A stretch of DNA of 64,000 nucleotides, from positions 57,080,788 through 57,144,787 of the forward strand of contig CM120640.1 of NCBI GenBank assembly GCA_051362555.1, read 5' to 3'. This DNA is from Lingula anatina. Its lineage: Eukaryota; Animalia; Brachiopoda. The notes below the pieces were generated by a model. It worked only from the letters and a program-made list of their open reading frames with translations. It was not told the DNA's origin and searched no databases. Below, in pieces: positions 29,677-41,655 of this stretch (position 1 is its first letter; each line of letters starts with the position of its first letter). The position numbers were made by a program, and so were the translations under genes.

Positions 29677-30693
29677 GGAAAATTTATTGTTGATTTAGAC
29701 CTTTTGGTGCATGTTTATAGAAACCTGTTTAAAAACTAAATAAATCTGCTATTTGAGGTAATAAAATGCTTGGCAATTTGGCAACACTGGATGTAATTGC
29801 ACTATTAACTTGAGCCATATGAAATTAAAGTAAGGGAATGGATTTTCAATTCTCTGTGGCGTAAAAGAATTAGATTACACACCTGACAATTTGCATCTAT
29901 GATTTTGTTTTTACATTTCAGTCTCGTAGTTTGACTACAGCAGAGTTGAGGGTTCCTTACATATCAAAGAGGATTGCACAGGTCATGGCTAAGTTCCATG
30001 TGCTGGACATGCCTGTCAACAAAGAACCTGTTGCCATGTTTGAAATGATTGCAAAGTAAGATTTGAAATTCATACATTTGGATTTCAATTTTTTCAATGT
30101 TTTCAAATTTTTTATATCATATAAAACATTAAAAAATCATAACTTAGGTGCTTTTGTAATTTCACAATAAGTTTGTCTTATTATTCTTATTATTCAGAGA
30201 TATTGCTACCTCTTCACAAAGTATTAATTTGTAAGTGATCACATTACTCAGATGTGAATTACATCTCTTCACTTGGCTTTTTCTGATAATGCATTTTAGT
30301 GCATTAAAATCCTTCAAAGGTTAATAAGTGGATATTTTATGAAAATAATAAAAGGAATGATTTTATGATTTATTACATAGACGTTTTGTTTTCTGTTTAA
30401 GGTGGCTCCAGGAAGCTTCATCACTTACTTTGGAAAATGCCAAACCCTACGACAAGGTGCTATTAGAGAAAATTTTCTCCTTCAAGATAGAAGCAGAATT
30501 TGAAACACTTAAGTAAGAAAATATAGCTGAAAGTATCTACACAATTACCAAGGGAAAACAAGTAACATGAAATCCACTGTCATCTTAACCAAGGGTTCAG
30601 TTTATGAAAATTTTACATGTAGGCACCTGACATAAAATAACAGAAGAATTATTTTAAACTTCCAGTTTTATCTTAAGATGCATGTATTAAATT

Positions 30694-30771
<78 letters not shown>

Positions 30772-32556
30772 TGTATTTATTTGCAACTTAAAAAGTTGGA
30801 TTTTACAATAAAAACAAAAAGTCGTGAGATGCACAATCTTAAAATATACTTGTAAATATACTTGTAAGTGTTAAAATGATTCGATACACATTAAAAATTC
30901 ATAAAAACCTCAGTTCTTAAAATTTGATAAAGCCCATGGGATAAAAGTTTTTGATGATCGTACAGTCCTCAATTTTGGCACAGTGTACTTATAAACTGGC
31001 GCAAAGTGTAGGAACTTTCATTTATCTCTGGTAGCAAATGTATTGTAAGATAATGGATAACATTTATTTCACATACTTTTTAAGTAAAAATGTGAAATAT
31101 ATTTGTATGTCCATAACTTTAAAATATGTATATAAGCAGATTCCACAAATGTTTTGTAAACTACTGTTTAATAGCCTTTGATTATTTCTTTGTAAATTAT
31201 TTCAGAGATTTTGTGATTGGTGTCAATTCACCTGTTGTCTTCTGTCACAATGATCTACAAGAAGGTAAGCATTAGCAATTGTTTGTTGATTACATAATAT
31301 ATATAATAGTCTTGTGCAACACAACCAGAAATTCATAACCAGTGTTTTAGTCAGGGCACAATATTGTAACAAAATTGTTATAGTGAAGAAGATATAGTAG
31401 CTTTGAGATTTCTTTGTTTCAGGCAATATTTTATGTTTTGGGGATACTGATGACATGGAATTGATGGCCATAGACTTTGAATATTGCAATTACAACTACA
31501 GGTAAAGTGAATTTATATGGACTGCTAATTTATATCTTTTTAACAACCTATGCAATGTCAAGGTGTGTCTTATCACTTACTAGAAATTTTTGTTATGTTG
31601 ATTTAAATTCATGTTGTGAACACAGTTTGATTTTTTTGATGAATTTTGAACTCTGCTATATGGAATCTTATCTCTGTAGATGATAATTTTATTTTGTGTA
31701 TTGGATTTAGTGTTTAATAAAAAAAAAATACACCTCTCTAAGTACTTTTAATAATGTTTTGAGGTGTTTTGCAAACTCAACAGTCTTTTAAAAGATCGGT
31801 ATATATTGGTTTCAGGGGTTGTGATATTGCCAACCATTTCAATGAGTGGGTGTATGACTACACTTATGATAAATTCCCTTTTTACAAGGAAAGTCGAGAA
31901 AATTATCCATCAAGGGAAGAGCAGGTATTCTTTTTAGGTTGACATATAATATTAAATAATTGACATATAATATTAAATAATTGTGAATATTACTGAGGTT
32001 CCCATAAATATAACTCTGGTTGTGACATTATGATAATATTTGGATTTTTGGTCCTTGCAGATTTTCTTCTTAAAGGCTTACTTGTCTGCCAGTGGTGAAA
32101 ATGAGGATGAAATAGAACAAAAAGCAGAGTCGATGCTTTATGAATGCAGTGCCTGTGGCCTAATATCTCATTTCTTGTGGGGCACATGGTCTCTTGCTTG
32201 CTCAAAGATCAGCCATATTGAATTTGGATATTTGGTGAGAAAAGAGATACAATGCTACATTTGCAAATAAGTATACACCCCACTTTTTGCTTTAAGCTAA
32301 AAGATAATTTAAATAATAAAATTACTTGATGCTTTAAGGTTTTAAGTAGTTTTTCATATTCATTACCGTAAATTACCAAAATATGCATTTGCATTGTCAC
32401 CATTTTACTATAAAAAGAGAGGTTTCGTTGTTATTTGAATCTGTTCATTATAAACTTGTCTACACTTTTTTTCAGGATTATGCATTGGTCAGATTTGAGG
32501 CATACTTCAGACAGAAAGCTGAGTTAGCCCAAATAAAACCACCAAAAAAAGGATGA
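19951..32556 (+). CDS. Choline/ethanolamine kinase (CHKA/CHKB-like), 9 coding exons
   Basis: Exons 19951-20063, 28368-28593, 29922-30055, 30402-30512, 31206-31264, 31423-31501, 31816-31924, 32061-32234, 32476-32556; all GT-AG and frame-consistent. Motifs: SGGLSNYLY, LLRYYG, LGPKLYGVF.GGRLEEYIPSR, Brenner motif VFCHNDLQEGNIL, choline-kinase motif IDFEYCNYNYRGCDIANHFNEW, HFLWGTWS, IEFGYLDYALVRF. Confidence 0.95.
20767..22040 (+). repeat. Tandem array of ~161-bp units (about 8 copies)
   Basis: GATAACAC anchor recurs at about 20769, 20930, 21091, 21252, 21413, 21574 and 21746, with a variant at about 21911; copies degenerate toward the 3' end. Confidence 0.95.
24925..24989. repeat. (TA)n microsatellite
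   Basis: Directly visible. Confidence 0.95.
25037..25224 (+). mobile_element. Minimal HINE (Helentron-associated) element, family B
   Basis: Sub-terminal inverted repeats ACCTCTGCCAAGG / CCTTGGCAGAGGT, followed by the 3' hairpin GCACTC-TCG-GAGTGC and a CTAGTTTT end. Confidence 0.8.
28785..29425 (+). mobile_element. Truncated HINE family A fragments (two 3' ends)
   Basis: 3' end motif gtacatttgacagctttgctgccttgtt at about 29189-29216 and a degenerate one at about 29395-29423; internal sequence shared with 22400-25800 and 47000-47750. Confidence 0.65.
30695..30770. repeat. (AAT)n microsatellite
   Basis: Directly visible. Confidence 0.95.
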
Positions 32557-32670
32557 GGTTCTGGGCAAATCTTTTCTAGCAGTTAAACTATCTGCCGTCC
32601 TTTTGACACTTTTCTCAGTGAACTTTTTTGGCATTGTAGGGCAGTGAAAATGATGAGTTGCAGTTCCTTC

Positions 32671-33455
32671 TTTTTTATGTACAGACACAGATGTGTCAGT
32701 ACATGTAACTGCCAGCTGTGTCTGTTGTCGCAGTGCACTTTCACTGTTACAACGATAAGTGGAGAAGTATGTGAGCTTTTGTCTTCAAACATACAGAACT
32801 GATGAATATTTATAAATTACAGGTCAAGTTTGAAAATTGGCTTGATTCGACCATTTTCCCAAAAGTTATGCTGTTTTTTAAATTTTTTCAGCATATTTTA
32901 TCCACTGTTCTACAGATAAAAGAATAACCAGTTTACATTTTGTCTTCAAATTAACAGAACTGATGAATATTCATAAAATACAGGACAAGTTCTAAAGTTG
33001 TCCTTTTTATGCTTTTTACAGCATAATTTATCCAGTGTCATACAAATAACATAAAAACTATGCCTTATTTTTCTTTAAAACTAGTTGGACTGATTCAAAG
33101 AACTAATATACAGATCGAGTTTGAAAATTATCTTGATCGGTTTAGTTTTGATAAAGTTTATCCACACTTTCTCAGCATTGCAGCATTAGGTAATATTGCA
33201 TCAAAATTCACTTAACAAATATAAAAGGAAGACTGCATCTTCACAGAACTTAAAGCCTCAACTGAGAAAGTCAGTTTGTTTGGATGAACATCCAATATAA
33301 GATAATAAAGTTATCAATTTTTGTTCCCCTGTATGTCTGACTTACTTACCACATGTAGACTTTGAACTCTTATATGGGCTTGAAGCCCTATGCTAAGTAC
33401 TGAAGCGGTGGTGATAATGCTGTTATGCATAATAAAATGTTCATTGCTTTTAAAT

Positions 33456-33519
<64 letters not shown>

Positions 33520-33584
33520 TTTTTCTTTTTTGTGCAACATTTTTCCTGTTTTTTGTTTGTACATTTCACTGCTTTTCTCTCGTT
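32671..33584 (+). mobile_element. HINE family A copy immediately 3' of the kinase stop codon
   Basis: ttttttATGTACAGACAcagatgtgtcagtacat 5' end, degenerate ~160-bp units, internal (TA)n/Tn tract, degenerate 3' end tgtttgtacatttcactgc. Confidence 0.7.
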
Positions 33585-35388
33585 AATTTTTTTATTTACC
33601 AGATAAGTTGTGAAAGACAATGTCATTTTAAGCATTCCCATAAATTTTAATGGTATATTTTATTTGTGTCTCAGTCAGGAGGCCTCTTTGAGGGAATGAG
33701 TGAATAGGGAACATATTACATTAGTACATCATAGCATTGAAATTTTTTGTATGTTGTCATCTCCTTGAAATTAGCCACCTTGATATTGTTTCTACTGGAT
33801 ACATACAATAGACTGAAATATTTTGTCCATTATAGATCAATTTAATTTGTTCTTTTAAGTCTGATGTGAATGTTAATATTGAAAGCTACTGGGGCCAGCT
33901 GACTGGAAAATTAAGACAATCTGATATGTGATATTAGAAATTTTCTTTGTTGAGTACTACAATCTACACCAAATTTAAGAGGTTAACTGTACCCAGAATC
34001 CTGAAGTAGTTTAGTCATATAGTTGTGGTACTCCATTTGCTTTAATATACCAAAAATTATAATGTATAACCAAGGGTGCTAAACAATACAAGAAACACAT
34101 GTAGAGATTTTTTTAATTTCATTTTCCCCCCATTCATGTATTGGAATAGCTTGCCATTAACATTTTGCACTTCTGAAAATTTCCTGGGATATAAACCTAT
34201 AGCACACGTACTTGCCTCATAAGCTACTTTTAAATTTGACTTGGAAAATGCATTGAATAAGCCTCATTTTGCAGTTCATTTATATTATATATTTGTATGC
34301 CATTTCCCAAATTACTGTGCCATAAATTGCTCACTGAAATGCAATGATAAACAATTAAAGTGATAAATTTGTAGTTGGAAGATGTCAATTTTGACTAGGA
34401 TATAGTGGTTACCGCTGTAGAAATAGATAACGATAATTGTGGATCAAACTGGTATTTAGCTTTCAAGTAATTTTTATCCCCAAATGGGTGTATGAAATTA
34501 ATGTAGTGCAATTTCAATAGGTGCTGTATTTTGTTAACTTTGATTACAGGTAGGGACAATTATGAAGAAATAAATTTACCTACATATTAGTCGGATTTTT
34601 GTTTGTCTTTGTATGAGCTCCCATAACTTCTCTAAATGACATACATTCTCATAATGTGCCAGGAATGTAATGTTCAAATCAATAAAGAAGTAGATGCCAC
34701 CCCCACAAAATTTTTTGAAAAATCTGCATAAATGGAGATTATGGCTGCATTCAGAACAGTGGACTAATTAGTCTGAAGGCCAAACATGGCTGACCCACTT
34801 GAATACTTCCCCATGGAAGATCTATTCAGTGTACATTAGTGGATCAGACAGCAAGCTTTTTAGTGGGTTGCCATATTTTACCCTGGACTAGCAAGTCCAC
34901 TGTTCTGAATACGGCCTCTGTGCATGCACCTGGAATTTGGAATTGCATTCTAAATGGCTTATGGTCATATGAAACTGTTTGGTCATGTTCAAAACTTTCG
35001 GGTTTCTTTGCATTCACCGAAGAGAAACATCAAATGTATTTTAGTATTCAAACTGCATTATGTCTGTATTCTGAATATTATTACAGCATTCCTAACATTT
35101 CAAGATGCAAAGCAATTTTTTTTGCCACAAAAGCCAACCACATGCCAGCACATATATAGTTTCAAATAGCATAACTAATAGAATTACCAAAATACAGTTT
35201 AATATTACCCCAAAAATGTTTGAACACATTTTTCTGCTAGCTTTTGAATGCTGTACATGAATGGGACAGAAAAGTAGGTCAAATTTCTGAGCAAAAAATT
35301 AAAGAAAGGAGCAATCTAAAGCTCCTTTATGGCTGATCGAGTGATTTATTCAGTTTATCCCTTGGCATGTCAATTTATTCGAGTCTTA

Positions 35389-36380
35389 GGCCACACTTTT
35401 TTATTTTTATGGATGACATCCTCTGGGTACCCCAAAATCGGTGCGAGAGGGCGAAAAAAAAAAAAAAACGGTCCAAAAAAAAAAAAAAAATACTGCTTAA
35501 GTAAAGGAATGCTGTCAGTACACAGCTGGAAACACAAATTTTACCACAGAAACACGTATCAAACTTACAATATGTCTTTATCCATACTCTCAAAATATTA
35601 AAGCATTGTGAATACTTCGTAGAAATGTAAAAAAAAAGACATGAATAGATATACTTTTTATTACAAAATCTATTAAGGTTATTTCATGCATTTTGTTGGT
35701 ATAGCAATCAATAAAACAAATATCAAACAAACAGTGTGTCTTTATTCGTATTCTCAGAATATTAAAGCATTTTGAACACTTCACAGAAATGTTTAAAAAA
35801 ATGATGCAAAGATATGCTTAATACTACCAAATCTATTAAAGGTCATTTCGGACGATGCCATTTTGTCTACTTCGACTCACACGGCCAAACTGTCAGGTGG
35901 CCTGTCCGACCTTCAGCCCACCAAATACCTCGATGCCCTTGTCGACCCTTTTTTCGCTACAGAAAACCTGGTAGCCTTTGTGCTGCTTTGTACAGAATGT
36001 CACTGAAATTTTTCGGGCGATAATCGCTGGCGGCCGCCAGCCTTTCGCACAATTGTAAAAAGGTGATATCTCCATGCCTAATATCAATGGCATACCAATC
36101 CAAAACGACGGCACCCGTTCTCCTTATGACTTTAATTGTCGTGTTATTTGAAAGTTATCCTAGAGATGAATTTGACGGCAAAACGGCCACATTTCCACGT
36201 GGCGATAATACGCATGCGCAGAAAGCTCATTTCCTGGCAAATTCACTAACGACGTTTGCGCCAACCGACTTTGTTGGGGGCTGGGGGGGGGGGGGGCGAT
36301 TTTTTTTTTTTTTTTTCGGAGAACGGGCGAAAATCGGTGCGCGCGCAGGATGTCATCCATAAAATTAAAAAAGTGTGGCC
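35389..36380. mobile_element. Non-autonomous TIR DNA transposon with TTA target-site duplication (PIF/Harbinger-like)
   Basis: ~33-bp TIRs ggccacactttttatttttatggatgacatcct / aggatgtcatccataaaattaaaaaagtgtggcc, flanked by TTA on both sides. CpG-rich interior, internal tandem duplication, no transposase ORF. Confidence 0.8.
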
Positions 36381-36732
36381 TTATAAGAAACCAGTAGGTG
36401 GTTTATATGTGTTACAGGGAATCCACGCTCCACAGACACTCAGTTCACGTGTACCTTTCAAATGGATGAAGAACCATATTCGGCAGGCAAATATCAAGGA
36501 ATATACAAAAAATCAAATTCCAACAGCATGGTAGCTCATTCCACCTGTAGTGCGACTAGAGGTCAATTTGAATGTAGAAAGATTTTAAAAAATTATTTGT
36601 TCAACTTGGTTCTGCTCTATTCCTGCCTAATTCAAATAAGTGTGTCTGGGACAAAAGGTGTAAGATGCTGAAAGAGGCGATTTGAGAAAACACTGTTGCA
36701 GGGTAGCAATCCTTTTTTGAAATTTAGGGCGC

Positions 36733-36930
36733 ATTCCATAGATTTTAGATCCATCTATCCTCATGGGGAGTCTCACTAGATTACTGTCAGATAATCTGGC
36801 TTAAATGTCCGTCCTGCCTACAAGCTGTAAGGGGGTAATTAACTTTCGTGCCTACTCGACTGACAGCTATTTAGCGTGAACCCCCAGGGAGTTAGGTCGA
36901 TCTAGTTGGATTGATCTAATCTCTGGGAAT
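36733..36930. mobile_element. Second, degenerate copy of the palindromic MITE at 13234-13459
   Basis: Shares ggggagtctcacta...ggcttaaatgtc...gggggtaatt and ccccagggagttag...gattgatcta. Confidence 0.7.
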
Positions 36931-37088
36931 AGGGTCTTACACACTTTGAAGAGGTGATTTAACAAAGCCTATTCTGGTGCTTAAATTACAAAAACAAAGA
37001 CAACGCAGTTTTCACATAATTTCATTTTTCTCTTCATATCTCGGCTTTGTACAGAAATGTCAATTGAGTGGTAATTGCTATCAGTCTC

Positions 37089-39802
37089 TTAGGCTGAGAG
37101 GACACACGCGCCCCCTACTTCCTTGATTTTAGCCTCGGCAGCTTTGCTAAAAAACTTGGCCTTTACTATAACAGGCTGCTTGGGAAGGACCCCTTTGCCC
37201 AAAACCTTGTAGTAACCCTGGAATATGAAAATTAATATTACTCCATTGCATCAAATTGCACACCTCACACAAGAGTGTCCTCAAATAAAATGTTAGTTCA
37301 TCAAGTTGACAAAGACTTAAGTGACATATTATATCAAAGATGTTCATTAAGCTGGATTTGGAATTTTTTATGAGAACAAATATCTATTGGAATTTTACAC
37401 ATGCAAAGTTTTTTAGCCTCTTCAAAAATACTCACTGCTTTGATAACATCAATGACTGGTGCAACATCTGTCTTCTTCTTGTAAAAGTCTCTGGTTTGCT
37501 CAGAGACCAAGGACCACAGACGGTCCAGATTGACGGTTGGACAGAAGTATTTCTGTTTTGTCAGGTGGTAGTGACGCATGCCAACTTTTCCAAAATAACC
37601 AGGATGGCTAGAATAGACCAAAGGCAATTAAATAATGGGATTGCAATATTTTACCATGCACCTTCATTTCATAGGTTATTGTTGGTGAAAAGGTGTATTG
37701 AATTACTATCAAATTAAAAAAATTAATTTGTTGGGTATAGAAAAGTTGAACCCTCTACCAGTGGGCCAGTTATTATTAAATTTAATCTGCACGTGTGCAC
37801 ATGGTATTGTACCCACTCTGCAGGAGCTCAGTGGGAGCTAGGGTTTGCACTGATGTGATTAATGCTCATTATGCAACCCATCTTGTCTGTCTGCTAAAAC
37901 TAGGAATACCCTGAAGTCACAAGCTATTCATAAGGGGTTATTTTTGTTGTCACAGAAGAGCAATTAACTGTCCTGATTGCTGTCAGGGGTACTTGTTAAG
38001 TGGCAGTGCCTGAGTAGTTATGCAAACAATTAATAGCTATGTAATCATCCTCGAGATTTCATTACAGGGCCACAGTACAGAGAATTTAACCAGAAACATA
38101 TCAGTGAATATCTAGTGAGAAATCAATCTGTTGCCCTGGTAGAGGGTAGAAAAGTTGTAGCAGCTGTGAACCAGGGTGACTAATCAAGTAGCTACCCAAC
38201 GATGCTAAATCACTGCCTTTTACTATTGCATTGTTTAGACGACCAATACCTACAGAAATAGTGTGTAGATACTGGAGATACACAATGCTTCTTAAAAATG
38301 TCTGATTCCCCTTATATGTAACACAAATATTACAAAAACATTTGGTGACATAGCCTTTAGAAACTGACTGCAGACAAGCAATGATGCAATCTCAAGTTAA
38401 GGATAACAAAGACAATTTAACTTGAACTCCAGGAAGTATAAACTCAATTGCAAACCCCCTTGCCTACATGTGAACCACTCAACTGTTGATCAAAATGAAA
38501 ACACAACAAAAGGAATGTGGGTGTAGGAGGTGATTAAAATCAAACTACATCAACGTATTTTATTAAAACTGAGGCAGTTGTCTTAGAACCTCTGGAATAC
38601 ATTTAAAACATGACTGGAGTAATATAAATAGTATAAGCCAACTGTTCACTTACTATTTGTCAAAGTTGATTCTGTGATGATGTTGACCACCAGCATTACC
38701 ACGACCACCAGGATGCTTACGGTGTTTACCTGAAAGTCAAAGAATATAATATCAGTCTTCTGTGTTTCAAAGGTGAATTGCCATACTAGGAAACTAATGT
38801 TTTGTTCAAGGGAAGTTGTAAAATCAAGTTCCCTATAAATATGTATTATATATAATACAAAATCAGATTTGAATATCTAAACTGTTTGTAAAATACATTC
38901 ACACACATTTGTGCAAGTGGCAGCACACCAAATTTTCAGTAATTTCCACTTAGTTGGGGTGCAGGTTGAATCCCATATAAGGTCCAGTATGGCAATAACA
39001 ATGACTCAACAATAAACATATCATGCTGATTTCTTAAGTTATATCAAGGATATTAGTAATATATTTTGCTTTTATATCACCCTATTTTATTGGGAATGAC
39101 CGTTTCCCATGTTTACTTATGACTGCACTCATTTTTCAAGTATATTGTGCTGTGTTGCCTGGTATTGCACAATTTAGTGACACCCTAAAATTGGTCTGCT
39201 TATCAACAACGTATTACAAGAGTTGAAAGGTGTGCAAACCCCCCCCCCCCCCTTCATGGCAGTCGCTACCAAAAGAATTGCATGTAATTTCTGAACACCT
39301 GGAGTCTTTCGGCTCGCCAGTTGGGTCAAGTAGCTGCTCATGACGACAGGAGCTAGCCCACATGTGGCATGTAAAATATCTGCAGCTAAAAATCTGTATT
39401 TAAGTTTGAATTTTTTGTTCATGTCTCGGTTTTAACAATTAGCTACGATTTTTGGAAATCAAAGTTACCTACCTACACGCCCATGTCCATGACTGACATG
39501 GCCTCTAAGCTTCCTAGTCTTCTTCCTCTTGGAGGTCTAAAAATCAAAACAGAATATCTGAACAACAGACTCTATATGCACACGTTGTGGTGCTGGTTTA
39601 CTATTAAATAGAGGATGCCAACTATTTGCGAAGGTGGCTTCTATACTTTTGTCCGTATCAACACATGTTGGTATCCTCTTTAGTAAACCAAACAATGGTT
39701 AACATACTTTCATTAAAATCAGATGCATATGCCCATTGCAAACAATGATGTTGCTCGATTTATTTTTATGGGCTCACAGAAACACAAACTTGGTCCTACC
39801 AT
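37089..39802 (-). CDS. RPL27A: 60S ribosomal protein L27a (uL15), 5 exons
   Basis: Exons (minus) 39800-39802 (ATG only), 39473-39536, 38654-38729, 37436-37607, 37089-37217 total 444 nt (147 aa plus stop): [63 protein letters not shown]...[38 protein letters not shown]. Confidence 0.98.
37795..38070 (-). ncRNA. Candidate intronic structured RNA (H/ACA sno/scaRNA-like) in RPL27A intron 3
   Basis: Series of hairpins on the sense strand, an ANANNA H-box-like AAAATA, and a last hairpin CCCAC-UGAG...GUGGG with ACA 15 nt after the upper stem. Vertebrate RPL27A hosts H/ACA snoRNAs. Family and boundaries not established. Confidence 0.35.
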
Positions 39803-39815
39803 TTTGGATGGTCAC

Positions 39816-39826
39816 GAAAAAGAGGC
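39816..39826 (-). promoter_or_regulatory. TCT initiator / 5'TOP pyrimidine tract of RPL27A
   Basis: Minus strand reads GCCTCTTTTTC 14-24 nt upstream of the ATG, typical of ribosomal protein genes. Confidence 0.8.
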
Positions 39827-40238
39827 CAACTCCTGTTTCCGCTCCAAGAATCATGGGATATGCCAAGATCAACAAACGAGGAAGCGAAGTCATGAAGTTC
39901 ACATGAATGACTGAAACTGAAAAAGAAAGCAACGAAAGCATAATATGGTATGTTAGTTACTTAATATTTTCACATTTCAGGTTCAGACAGCATTTTGTAT
40001 ATAATCCTATTTGCTGTGAATGCTTTTGTGTGTATTTTGCCGCAGTTGTGTGACTCGGAGTGTATCACAATCAGACTACTTCAGTATATCATACTGGTAC
40101 AGGAACATGTGCATTGTACTGGTACGTGTGTATTTGACATTTGTACCAGAATGCGTGTCTGCATAAATACGTCGTCCTTTATGACATACTGACAATGACG
40201 TGGTAAATTAAGAATGAAATATATTTTATTTATATTAA

Positions 40239-40577
40239 AGGGATAATAACTCTTCGTATGAGATCTATATTTCACAATAAAAACATTGTGAATAACTCGT
40301 AGAAATATAATATATTCTGTTTTACCACAAAAACAGCAGTTATAGCTATTATTCTGATATCTGAGCTTGTCTTTAGACCACCTGACCTCCATTGAAGGCT
40401 ATACTCTGTTAAAATCTCTTAAGAGATTGTAACAAAAAACCAAACTTTTTAGAAAAAAAAAACAGGGACTAACTTTGAATGTTAAAATGGATTCATTAAC
40501 CATTGGTAAGTATGGGAAAATTGTTGTTTACTCCAGGAAAATTCATTTTTTGGCCAAAACGAAGAGTTGTTATCCCT
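40239..40577. mobile_element. TTAA-flanked MITE (Kolobok-like), copy 1
   Basis: TTAA|agggataataactcttcgt ... acgaagagttgttatccct|TTAA; the right ~170 bp is homologous to 41488-41655. Confidence 0.8.
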
Positions 40578-41038
40578 TTAAGAAGCAATAAAGGTAAACT
40601 TATTTTGTCAAGCTCTACATGTACATGTACGAGCAGAATGACTACTCACCTCTTTTTTTAGGATAAATTTATCAGTATATAGGGCAAAACAGTCCTTGGT
40701 GATTTAATTAAAGGTACTAGTATACTAACTGAATTTGAAAATGTCCCAAAGTAATATTTTCTATGTTTACTAATTTTGCAGAGCCACTTATCTTTCCCCT
40801 GTTCTGACCTTAAAAACAATGAAACCCCTCAAATAAAAAAGGTCCGAGTCTACGTGTACTGTTGTTCCTGATGTTGATTATTCTCTCTAAAAGATGACAC
40901 AACAGTCTAAGTTACACGTCAGTCATTTAGAACTAAATTATTCAAATAGAAATGGTAATGAACATCAAATCCAAGGGATTGGTGTAACAATGATTTGTGA
41001 GTAGGAGAATGTTTCTTTTTTCTCTGAAGAAAATTTAA

Positions 41039-41655
41039 AGCAATAATAACTCTTCCTTTGAGATTCAAAAATCCGCATGACATACATTGTAAACAACGCA
41101 TGGAAATATATTCTATTGTATTTTACCACTAAAACGGCCGTTATTGTAGGAAAACTAAAATCTGTGCTTGTCAATAGGGCTTTCGATCCTTTTTTTCCGG
41201 TCGACAAGTGCATTCGTTGCTAATGACGTAATGGTGTCACGCGGATTCTCGCGTTCATTCGAGACCAAAATAACATGGCGGGAAACCCTCAGACGTAAGT
41301 TGCGAGTTTTTGTACAGTGCGTCGGATAACGAAATGCCCAGAATGGCACACATTGTGGATATAAATGCATTTTTAACAAAAAGACGAATATATCTCATGA
41401 ATCTTATATAGTGTTGTTATTGTCTGCTTTTCCCGCGGTTTTAAGTAGGTCACCAGTGACTTTGCAATGTCAGAGAGAGCTCCGTCAGTTAAAATCTCTT
41501 AAGAGATTTTAACAAAAAACCGTACGTTTAGGAAAAAAACCCTGGATTAACTTTGAATGCAGGAATGGGGTCGTTGGCCATTGGTAAGTACGGGAAAATT
41601 GCCGTTTTTTCCAGGAAAATCCAATTTTTGGCCAAAACGAAGAGTTATTATGACT
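41039..41655. mobile_element. TTAA-flanked MITE (Kolobok-like), copy 2, CpG-rich
   Basis: TTAA|agcaataataactcttcc ... cgaagagttattatgact|TTAA; contains the perfect 26-bp palindrome gttaaaatctcttaagagattttaac (41488-41513). Confidence 0.75.

Noticed and set aside
33975-35330. Possible further TTAA-type element between the kinase and RPL27A
   Set aside because: Could not identify a matching pair of termini.
37218-37435. C-box-like TGATGA in RPL27A intron 4
   Set aside because: No suitably placed CTGA D box or terminal stem.
37830-37950. Telomerase RNA hypothesis for the intron 3 RNA (UGAG loop, ACA, TERB1 nearby)
   Set aside because: No template of about 1.5 telomeric repeats (only AACCCTA), and no recognisable pseudoknot.
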